A DNA stretch of 61,916 nt from Nemertoderma westbladi (taxonomy: Eukaryota > Animalia > Xenacoelomorpha), in contig JAUCBJ010007519.1 in assembly GCA_032718475.1 (NCBI GenBank), positions 1-61,916 of the forward strand, given 5' to 3'. A program made the position numbers and the translations under genes. The notes beneath the pieces are model-generated. The model saw nothing but the letters and a program-made list of their open reading frames with translations. It did no database searches and was not told the origin of the DNA. Each line of letters starts with the position of its first letter. Positions within the stretch are counted from its first letter, which is position 1. Of the stretch, positions 1 to 10,066 are shown piece by piece.

Positions 1-932
1 CTACTCTACCAGAGGAAAACCCAAGGCTCCTCTCTACTGGAGTCAACTCGAAGGCTCTACTCTACCAGAGGAAAACCCAAGGCTCCTCTCTACTGGAGTA
101 AACTCAAAGGCTCTACTCTACCAGAGGAAAACCCAAGGCTCATCTCTACCGGAGTCAACTCGAAGGCTCTACTCTACCAGAGGAAAACCCAAGGCTCCTC
201 TCTACTGGAGTCAACTCGAAGGCTCTACTCTACCAGAGGAAAACCCAAGGCTCCTCTCTACTGGAGTAAACTCAAAGGCTCTACTCTACCAGAGGAAAAC
301 CCAAGGCTCATCTCTACCGGAGTCAACTCGAAGGCTCTACTCTACCAGAGGAAAACCCAAGGCTCCTCTCTACTGGAGTCAACTCGAAGGCTCTACTCTA
401 CCAGAGGAAAACCCAAGGCTCCTCTCTACTGGAGTCAACTCAAAGGCTTTACTCTATCAGAGGAAAACCCAAGGCTCCTCTCTACTGGAGTCAACTCGAA
501 GGCTCTACTCTACAAGAGAAAAACCCAAGGCTCCTCTCTACTGGAGTCAACTCAAAGGCTCTAATCTACCAGAGGAAAACCCAAGGCTCCTCTCTACTGG
601 AGTCAACTCGAAGGCTCTACTCTACCAGAGGAAAACCCAAGGCTCCTCTCTACTGGAGTCAACTCAAAGGCTCTACTCTACCAGAGGAAAACCCAAGGCT
701 CCTCTCTACTGGAGTCAACACGAAGGCTCTACTCTACCAGAGGAAAACCCAGGGCTCATCTCTACCGGAGTCAACTCGAAGGCTCTACTCTACCAGAGGA
801 AAACCCAGGGCCCCTCTCCACTGGAGTCAACTCGAAGGCTCTACTCTACCAGAGAAAAACCCAAGGCTCCTCTCTACTGGAGTCAACTCGAAGGCTCTAC
901 TCTACCAGAGGAAAACCCAAGGCTCCTCTCTA
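1..932. repeat. 56-bp tandem repeat (~16.5 copies, runs off window start)
   Basis: Unit ctactctaccagaggaaaacccaaggctcctctctactggagtcaactcgaaggct repeated with few substitutions. Confidence 0.95.
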
Positions 933-1388
933 CCGAAACCGGAACCGGAGGCCAGGCAACCCAAACTGTGGTGTAACTGGTGCTATAAAACGTTTGCAGA
1001 AATATTGAAAGCATTAATAGGAATTCTGACTCACCCAGTAAGGATGATGGAGGTCAAACTGTTTCAAATTTCGGATGTTTTTATTAAGATTTGTACGAAA
1101 ATTAGGAGTGGGGGTGGGGGTGGGCTGGCCAGGGCACTGAATTAACGGGTATTAATGTGGATAATTAATGTGGATTAATAAGGCACTATGGCGGCAGAAC
1201 CAGGTGTTGGTTGTAACTTGATTACTGTATTCAATTTGTGACTTTGGGATATAAACTATTGTTCATCAGCTATATTGACTTCCTTGTTCTTTGGCGTTAT
1301 GTATTCAACTATTTAAATTAAGTATAGTTTACTTTGTTTCATTAATTATTGTTAATTAGTTTCACTTATTAATCATTTTATTACCAAC

Positions 1389-2333
1389 ATGAATTTGGTG
1401 GAGATAGCTAGTTTGTTAGCCGAGACATTGATCTTATTCATTAAGATCATTATCATATACATTGAGAGCGCAATCAAACACTTCTTCCGCGGTGAACCTG
1501 CCGATGTCACCGGTAAGGTGATCGTTATAACCGGAGCCGGCAGCGGCATAGGCCGTTTGGTGGCGTTGCGTCTAGCGAAACTACGAGCTAGACTGGTCGT
1601 ACTCGATGTGAACGAAACGCCAGCCCAAGAGACCGCGGAACTCATACGGGAAGCGGGCGGGGAGGCCAGCGTGTATGTCTGCGATGTGACCGACAGAGAA
1701 ACCGTTTATAAAGTAGCTGAAAGCATTAGGGATGAGTTTGGGGCTGTCGATGTGTTGATAAACAACGCCGGAATCGCACAGAGTCGACGCATAACAGATC
1801 TAGACGATAAAATGGCTGTTAAAACCATGGAAGTAAACGTGATGGCCCATTTCTGGACCATAAAAGCTTTCCTACCCTCTATGATTAAACTCAAATCGGG
1901 TCATATTGTTACAATAGCGAGCGTCGCTGGATTATTCCCAACGTGCTTCCTCTCGGACTACGTTGCCAGTAAGTTCGCCGCGGTCGGGTTCCATCAGTGC
2001 TTACTGTTGGAATTGTATGAACAGGGTCTCCACGATTCGATTAAGACAACCCTCGTCTGCCCGTATTTCATCAACACGGGAATGTTCGCAGGGTCTGTTG
2101 GGGCCACTCGGTTCCCCATACTGTTTGACTGGTTAACTCAGGAATACGTCGCCGATAAGATATCCCAAGGGATTCTCCACAACTACGCCGTCGTTTTACT
2201 GCCCAGGGTCACCGGTAACCTCTGTCTGCTGCTCAACATTGTAGTTCCGTTGAAAGCGCAGCTGCTTATGAGTAGTTTCCTTGGACTCTTAACTCCAGTG
2301 CGTGGGTTTAAAGGAAGGGCCGCTAATGAATAA
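1389..2333 (+). CDS. Short-chain dehydrogenase/reductase, SDR16C family (RDH10/SDR16C5/HSD17B11-like), single coding exon
   Basis: N-terminal hydrophobic anchor, TGAGSGIG Rossmann motif, NNAG, catalytic S and YVASK, and SDR16C-typical segments VNVMAHFWTIKAFLPSM and CPYFINTGMF. Confidence 0.93.
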   Translation: MNLVEIASLLAETLILFIKIIIIYIESAIKHFFRGEPADVTGKVIVITGAGSGIGRLVALRLAKLRARLVVLDVNETPAQETAELIREAGGEASVYVCDVTDRETVYKVAESIRDEFGAVDVLINNAGIAQSRRITDLDDKMAVKTMEVNVMAHFWTIKAFLPSMIKLKSGHIVTIASVAGLFPTCFLSDYVASKFAAVGFHQCLLLELYEQGLHDSIKTTLVCPYFINTGMFAGSVGATRFPILFDWLTQEYVADKISQGILHNYAVVLLPRVTGNLCLLLNIVVPLKAQLLMSSFLGLLTPVRGFKGRAANE

Positions 2334-2444
2334 ATCATTATTATTATTGTATCGGTGATTCTTGCTGTTGTTAACATTCCCACCTAATTTTATAGCAATT
2401 CGGAAATTAATTCTAACTGATTTAGAAATAATAACATATATTTA

Positions 2445-2552
2445 TTCAAGTCAAATAATCTAGCACTTTATCAGATTACCGTTTTTAAATCTGAGCGCAA
2501 ATGGGGGCGGCAACTGTAATCTTATCAAGTGCTACAGTTTATACGACTTGGA
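2445..2552. repeat. Small imperfect palindrome (MITE-like); its core recurs at ~3121-3163
   Basis: caagtc..tagcactttatcagattac pairs with gtaatcttatcaagtgcta..gacttg; central aaatctgagcgcRaatgggRRcggcaactgtaat is repeated near 3121. Confidence 0.6.
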
Positions 2553-3159
2553 GACTAGGAGAGTATTTTAATACGAAAATTTATATATTATTTATTTACG
2601 GCGAAAATGCGGTAAACTAGTTGTTATATTATTAATCCGAAATTTGGAAATCTCCAAAAGTAAGCATATAGAATAAAGAGTAGAGTAATAATAACCTCGA
2701 ATAATTATTTGTGGTTAACACAAGTATAATAAAAAACGAATGTATCTAAAGATATAGTGGAGATCATTTTTATTCCAAATATAAAATTTAAATTCAGTTT
2801 AGAATAGACTTGATGCTTAAATTGTAAACGGGGAACTGGTTCATTGACCCTAGATCAGATCCTAAGTTATGACACCCGTAGCGTAAAGTTGTATAGGACG
2901 TTCACTTACTGAGTTTGTAATATTTAAATTTTTGAATAATATAAATTTATTTATGTTAAATTACGTTGTTTACGGTAGTGGGGAGCTCTTGGTTAATTAT
3001 ATACTTGATTATTATTTGTCCCGATGTGTTATATGATTTGGTTCTATAATTATGTATTAAAATGAATATATTTATTGCATAATTTATTTATTATTAATTT
3101 ATTGCGAACATTCTGGTATTAAAATCTGAGCGCGAATGGGAACGGCAACTGTAATATTA

Positions 3160-3530
3160 ACAAGAGTGTTAGAGTGTCTTCATGACAAATCCGATGTTCT
3201 TTTATATAGATGCGCAGATGATGTCGGTGTTATATTCCATTGCCAGAGCTACCATGTCACCCTGTTTGCTATTAGCTTTCAGTGTGCTTGCGTTCATTGT
3301 AGCAATCTTTAGTGTCTTTTTACATTTCAACAGGTTGGTTCTTCTTTCTTCTCTGTCTTTTGTTCCAGTAGCCGATTTTTCGATCCCAGCCTGTGTGTAC
3401 CGCTGAGGGACGCGTACCTTTTTTACCCGGGTACAACCGAGCTGGTATTCCTTGTAGGGGTTCACATTCGCTCATCGCTCACTTGCGGAAGCAAACCGCT
3501 TGTGTATGCAGCTCGTACAAGCTGCTTCGC
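3160..3530 (-). pseudogene. 5' leader plus N-terminus of the APE-type endonuclease of an RTE-like non-LTR retrotransposon (frameshifted, truncated)
   Basis: LKIATMNASTL matches APE motif I; DIIC followed (after a frameshift) by EHRICHED matches the DIIxxQEHR motif II. Confidence 0.75.
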
Positions 3531-3790
3531 AGTAGGTTGATTACCTTCCACCAACCTTCTCTGCATGGCTAGCCATTGATTGATTACCGTCCGCCGACCT
3601 TGTCTGTCTGCATGGCTAGCCGTTGGTTGATTACCTTCCACCAACCTTGTCTGCATGTCTAGCCGTTGGTTGACTACCTTCCACCAACCTTGTCTGCATG
3701 TCTAGCCGTTGATTGATTACCTTCCGCCTACCTTGTCTGCATGGCTAGCCGTTGGTTGAATACCTTCTACCAACATTGTCTGCATGGCTA
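3531..3790. repeat. 43-bp satellite, block 1
   Basis: Consensus gctagccgttggttgattaccttccaccaaccttgtctgcatg. Confidence 0.95.
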
Positions 3791-5196
3791 CTACTACTAC
3801 TACTAGGATCGGCATGCTGCATTGCAGCTGCATTTTTAAGAATGCTGTGCCGGCTTGTCAACAAAATTGCACCGCCACAACTCCCTATCACCCATGACAT
3901 TTGCTAGATCATCCGCATCTTTAAGGCCAGTGTCCTTTAAGATGCGTCTCAAGAAAGTCATGGGCTGTCCACCATGCTTATTCACTCCATGAGGCTGCCA
4001 AAGTACAAGATTATGCACTGGCTGGTCCTCACGGCGAAAGCAATGTCCTGCAAAGCGGAGGCGATTTTGTTCTAGTGACAAGCTTGGGGGAACCAATGAG
4101 ACACCTCCAATGTTATATAGTGTCTGGTTGGAGATGTGTGCATTGTACTTGACACAATGTACCCGGCGTAGCATTCTTGTGAATGTGCCATCCAGAGATT
4201 TGGTGTCCTCAGCAGTTAGAGCCCAGCATGGACTCCCGTAGAGGAGTACTGGAACTACTGCTGCTCTAAATAATCGGACCTTAAGTTTCCGATTAATTCT
4301 AGGTGACTTCCAAATCCTGGAAAGCCTATTCAAGGCTGCCCATGCCTTTCCCTTACGTATTCGAAGGTCCTCACCTGACTTCCGGATCCATGATCCCAGG
4401 TAACAGAAGTCGTCCACATGCTCAAGCATACCATCCTTTGAGCTTATGCTCATCCGATCAGAGACTTGCTGAGGACTTTCAAAGTTAACTGTCAGAATTT
4501 TGGTCTTTCTGGAGTTAATAAAAAGACCAACACTAGAAGCAGCATGTTCTAATGAGCTGAGGAGCCGCTGGGCTCCCTCTAATGATTCTGAGAGTACTCC
4601 TAAGTCATCAGCAAAGTCTAGATCAGTTAGGTACTTGGCAGGATTTCCTCGACTTCTGGAGCCAGTAGGTGGAGTTATCATCACCCCATCATCATTATGA
4701 TGATCTAAGGACATGCGTAGAACATAGTCAACCACAATAATGAACAAGAATGGTGCAAGTGTGTCTCCTTGGAGGACGCCCCATAACACTTCAAATGGTT
4801 CTGTGTCACCGTCAACAGTAGACACAAATGTTGTCGAACCATCGTATACTGATCTGATTGCTGCAATAATTTCATCAGGAATCCCATATAATGAAAGTAT
4901 GCTGAACATACGTGAGCGAGAGACTGAATCAAAGGCCTTGAAGAAGTCAACAAAGATAACAGCCAGATGCCTGTCTTTCTTTTTTGATAACTCTTCAATT
5001 ATCCTTCTAAGTGCCAAAATGGGCTCCATGGTCCCACGACCTTTACGGAACCCATTCTGATTTCCACGTAGCAGTCTCTCAATGGGATCCCTGATGCGAT
5101 TTAATAGAATTCTATTGTATAGTTTTGCAGCAATCGAGATCAATGAGATTCCCCGAAAAGAACCATAGAGTGTTAGGTTGCCCTTCTTGGGAACTG
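3791..5196 (-). mobile_element. 5'-truncated RTE-clade non-LTR retrotransposon with (TAG)n 3' tail and 9-bp target-site duplication
   Basis: gcatggcta at 3782-3790 and 5197-5205; (cta)5 at 3791-3805; empty site caacattgtctgcatggctagctattgg seen in other satellite copies (e.g. ~5451). Confidence 0.88.
3836..5196 (-). CDS. Reverse transcriptase (RTE clade), N-terminally truncated, reading frame intact
   Basis: PKKG, RGISL, QNGFR, DFFKAFDSV, GVLQGDTLAPFLF, FADD, FCYLGS and LLYG motifs. The ORF-track ATG at 5200 comes from the target duplication. Confidence 0.92.
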
Positions 5197-6632
5197 GCAT
5201 GGCTAGCTATTGGTTGATTACCTTCCACCAACCTTGTCTGCATGGCTAGCCGTTGGTTGATTACCTTCCGCCGACCTTGTCTGCATGGCTAGCCGTTGGT
5301 TGATTACCTTCCGCCGACCTTGTCTGCATAGCTAGCCATTATTGGTTGATAACCTTCCACCAACCTTGTCTGCTTGGCTAGCCGTTGGTTGATTACCTTC
5401 CGCCGACCTTGTTTGTCCGCAAGGCTAGCCGTTGGTTGAATACCTTCTACCAACATTGTCTGCATGGCTAGCTATTGGTTGATTACCTTCCACCAACCTT
5501 GTCTGCATGGCTAGCCGTTGGTTGATTACCTTCCGCCGACCTTGTCTGCATGGCTAGCCGTTGGTTGATTACCTTCCGCCGACCTTGTCTGCATGGCTAG
5601 CCATTATTGGTTGATAACCTTCCACCAACCTTGTCTGCTTGGCTAGCCGTTGGTTGATTACCTTCCGCCGACCTTGTTTGTCCGCAAGGCTAGCCATTGG
5701 TTGAATACCTTCTACCAACATTGTCTGCATGGCTAGCTATTGGTTGATTACCTTCCACCAACCTTGTCTGCATGTCTAGACGTTGGTTGATTACCTTCCA
5801 CCAACCTTGTCTGCATGTCTAGACGTTGGTTGATTACCTTCCGTTGACCTTGTCTGCATGGCTAGCCGTTGGTTGATTACCTTCCGCTAACCTTGTCTGC
5901 ATGGCTAGCCATTGGTTGATTACCTTCCGCCGAGATTGTTTGTCTGTATGGGTAGCCGTTGGTTGATTACCTCCCCCCAACCTTGTCCACATGTCTAGCT
6001 GTTTTTTGATTACCTTCCGCCGACCTTGTCTGCATGACTACCCGTTGGTTGATTACCTTCCGCCAAACTTGTCTGCATGGCTAGCCGTTGGTTAACTACC
6101 TTCAGCTAACCTTGTCTGCATAGCTAGCTGTTGGTTGATTACCTTCCGCCCATCTTGTATGTCTGCATGGCTAGCCGTTGGTTGATTACCTCCCACCAAC
6201 CTTGTCCGCATGGCTAGCCGTTGGTTGATTACCTTCCACCAACCTTGTCTGCATTTCTGGCCGTTGGTTGATTACCTTCCACCAACCTTGTCTGCATGGC
6301 TAGCCGTTGGTTGAGTACCTTCCGCCGACCTTGTCTGCAGGACTAGCCGTTGGTTGATTACCTTCCACCAACCTTGTCTGCATGGCTAGCTGTTGGTTGA
6401 TTACCTTCCACTAACCTTGTCTGCATGGCTAGCCGTTGGTTGATTACCTCCCACCAACCTTGTCTGCATGTCTAGCCGTTGGTTGATTACCTTCCGCCAC
6501 CTTGTCTGCATGACTACCCGTTGGTTGATTACCTTCCACCACCTTGTCTGCATGGCTAGCCATTGGTTGATTAACTTCCGCTAACCTTGTCTGCATGGCT
6601 AGCCGTTGGTTGATTACCTTCTGCCGACCTTG
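5197..6632. repeat. 43-bp satellite, block 2
   Basis: Same consensus, with 47-bp variants (+tgtt/tgtc). Confidence 0.95.
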
Positions 6633-7822
6633 TGTAAAAGCTTTTGCGTAATTAGCCGGTTATTTTCCCGTAAAGTACTCTGTAGTTGGTTTACCAGGCA
6701 TAAAAAGGCCGTGTCCTTACTGTACTGGTGTTTTAGAGGACATAAAAGCCATTTCTTCTGTATGTGTACTTTAAAGGACATAATCCGTAATTTCGTGACG
6801 CAATAGCTGGATACTCTTGAAAACAGTGTCGCTACCATGACGACGGCTAACAGCTGATATTGCCACGTAGAACATTTCTTTGTTTCTTTGTTCTCTCTTA
6901 GTTCAGTCGGCCAATCAGAGCATTTTTATGGCTCTTGTACAGAAATTTCCGAGAAATCACGTAATGCATTATGGGCAGTGTTATCATTCAGTCCTGAGCC
7001 AAGGAAGAACGGCTTTGGAGTATTTTGTGCTTTTCTGCTTTAGCCTTACACTAGTAGGCTTAATTATAAGGACATATATCCGTTATCTGGGTAACTCAAT
7101 GTTATCTGCACTGGTTAACACTGGTTAACTGGCCCATACTGTGCAACTTAACTTAACATTACTGCTTTGCTGTCGGTTATTCATTATATTTGTTGATGAA
7201 TTATTATATTTGGAATAACGAGAAATAACCCCGAAACCCAATATTCTTGATATACCGAAGGTAAGAGAGAAAGGTTACATATAACGATTGCGACTTATGT
7301 TAAAGTGGTTTGAAGTGAATCTAATGTTATTTGATAGACCCTACATGAGTCGGTCTGTGTTCCTTTTATATGTGACTAAAATCAGTGAAGATCGGCAGAT
7401 TAGTGTGCAGTATTGTGCAGCATTGTGTATGAGTGAGACTGATAACGAAGCATTTCCTAAAGAATGCGCCATATATGTGAATTGTAACTAAGCCATATCG
7501 TTGTGAGTAGTTTAAGTCATAACTCTGTTTATATAGATAGAGCGCCACGTCCTAAAGGAACTGTTAATATTCCCCGAAGGTGAATAATATTGTCAGAGAT
7601 TATATAATACTGTCAGTCGAATAATACATTAGGCTTACATAGCAATACGATTAAGCCCTCGAAGTCAATCTCCCGGGTATATCCAACGGGTGAATGATCG
7701 CGCACAGATTGGTTTCAACTAGTGTAGTGAATCAAATACTTGTTAGAGGCTAAAGCGATTTATTATCTAGAAGACATCCTAATTTGGCGGGTTAAACTGC
7801 CAAGGGTCTGAAAGCGCGAACA
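6633..7822 (+). repeat. 5' LTR of element A
   Basis: tgtaaaagctttt...aagcgcgaaca; about 7 substitutions vs the 3' LTR counted by eye. Confidence 0.95.
7072..7086 (+). promoter_or_regulatory. LTR-internal motif complementary to the PBS position (candidate self-primer), element A
   Basis: acatatatccgttat is the exact reverse complement of 7823-7837. Confidence 0.75.
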
Positions 7823-7837
7823 ATAACGGATATATGT
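7823..7837 (+). promoter_or_regulatory. Non-tRNA primer-binding site candidate, element A
   Basis: ataacggatatatgt starts at the first base after the LTR; no TGG; 15/15 complementary to 7072-7086. Confidence 0.75.
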
Positions 7838-8149
7838 AGTCTGTATTGCAGTGTAGGCATTAAATACAGTTTAATATTGTTCTGGTAAGAACAATAACGG
7901 ATATAGCTTCTGTATTGCAGTAGGCAATAAAGCGGAAGTACCGGCAACCGGTACCCAGTAGGCCTGACTACCTAACCACCCGGACCGGTACCTACAGCTG
8001 TACAGGTACAGCAGTATTATTCGATTTTGATAATTATATACCGGTAGGCCTTAATAATTAATCAGGGAGGGCCCGCCCTGGTTTTTTATTGAGATTTTTA
8101 CTTATTTCTGTCAAGTTTTATTTGTTTGTAGGCCAGTATTGAACAGAAG

Positions 8150-8725
8150 GCGTGTAAGCCTGATCAGATTGTACAGACAATTTGTAGGCTGAGCTGTTGT
8201 CTGATTGTTGTTAAGTCTGAACGGATTGCAGTGTGTGTAGATCACCTGTCCGATAAAGAATGGTTAGGAAGTAGGGGCAGCCAATGCTGTAAGGTAAACC
8301 CCCAACTAAAGAATAAGTCGTACTACTGGGTTAGAACGCATACTACCTAATCATTTCGGAGTCTGCATGTCCTGTAGTTTATTTAGGCTTGAGAGTAGTC
8401 TGCCATCGTTTAGTCTGTACTTTGTTTGTGTAAGTCTGTACTGGTAGCGTATAATATTTATTTAGATAATTTGTAGGCTCGATAGTTGTCTGGCTGTTAT
8501 TAGGTCTGAACGGATTGCAGTGTGTGTAGAGCCTCTGTCCGATAAAGAACGGTTAGGAAGTAGGGGCAGCCAATGCTGTAAGGTAAACCCCCAACTAAAG
8601 AATAAGTCGTACTACTGGGTTAGAACGCATACTACCTAATCATTTCGGAGTCTGCATGTCCTGTAGTTTATTTAGGCTTGATAGTAGTCTGTCAGTGTTT
8701 GGTCTGCATTTTGTTTGAGTGGTTT
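8150..8725. repeat. ~288-bp direct duplication in the 5' leader of A (homologous ~287-bp duplication in B at ~41050-41640)
   Basis: gaacggattgcagtgtgtgtag at ~8220 and ~8508; identical ~150-bp cores. Confidence 0.85.
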
Positions 8726-10066
8726 GTACGCGTAGCGTAATATTTATTATTCAGAGTTTATGCGATTATTCGCAACATTCATTCCCCAAGTTTGTTCCTA
8801 CAATAATTGTGTTTGTTATACATACCGCTATAGTTAAATTAACCCCGGTACTACACGGGCTGCTTGGTGTAGGTAAAGACTGGTGATTTTGTGCACCGGT
8901 CACTCCAGCAGATGCCGTGGTTCTTTTAGCTGTTCAAGTATATTTAACTACTGATTATATGTTGTACAAGTACTCGTACCTAATTTAGGGTTTAGTGTAC
9001 AGTGCTTTCCGAGAGTAATTAGTGTAGGCATTATATTTGTGTTGTAAAGTGGTTGATAGGCACTTTCGATTAGCTCTATTAACTTCTAGGTAGGAACACT
9101 CCGTGATACATAACGTAGTACCTATAGCGATACGGCTATAGGTCGTCAGGCGGTGGTATTTTCCTATCTAGACAACGCAGTGTATTTACTACTACTTATT
9201 ATTTTCAAATACCGTAGTACCCTGTCCGTTGTAATAACCAGATTCTAACCCTTTGTTAGGCTGGTTTGTAGACTTCTTGTAAAATTACCCTGAAAATTCG
9301 TATTTTGTGTTTTTGTAAATTTTTGTGTTTATTTAGATATTGTAATCTCACCCGAATTGTACGTAATTTGTAGTATTAAGTAACTTAGGTAAATTAGAAT
9401 TATTTGTTTTAGTGTCCTATAAGTAACACTTCACTGAAAGCGCACCGCTTTGTGTAGTGATTACTCCCCAGAAATAATAACATTTATTTCAAACATTGAC
9501 AAAACCCATTAAAACGGGTATATATATATTATAAATCAAATCTAACGATTTATAAATAGTAGGCCTACCATCCAACCATTGGGTCTCAATATCAGTTGGA
9601 TTACTGCTCAAATAACGGTAATAAAGTAAGTAAAGTAACCAAGTAACCCCAAAATTCAGAAATTCAATTATTTAAAATAATTGATATACCGGTATTTAAG
9701 ATAGGCCTATTATCTTTATTTCTATAAATTTAGGCTGAAATTATACCGGTACTTTATAATTAATTCTAGTCCAGAATTATAATTATATATACTACAAAAC
9801 TGTAAGCTGTATACCGGTATTCCAGATAGGCCTATTATATATTTATATATATTTGTGCTAAAATTATACCGGTATTCTGTGATAAACCTAGTCTGTAATA
9901 ATAGTTATATATACTATAAGCATACCGGTATTCTAATATATTATATATATCACGCTGCACTGAGTAGCAGTACCGGTAATTAATTACTAGGCTAGCAGTT
10001 AATACTGAGTTACTAGACTTGCTCAGACTGTAATACAGCAGTAGACATTCAACTGTACACATAAAC

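Noticed and set aside
3455-3535. HDV-like ribozyme in the RTE leader (gcgaatg resembles J4/2)
   Set aside because: Could not find matching P1, P2, P3 or P1.1 strands upstream; only simple hairpins are supported.
6606-7548. Short ORFs in the LTRs of A (duplicated at 15055-16052)
   Set aside because: No motifs; duplicated only because the LTR is; no equivalent ORFs in B's LTRs.
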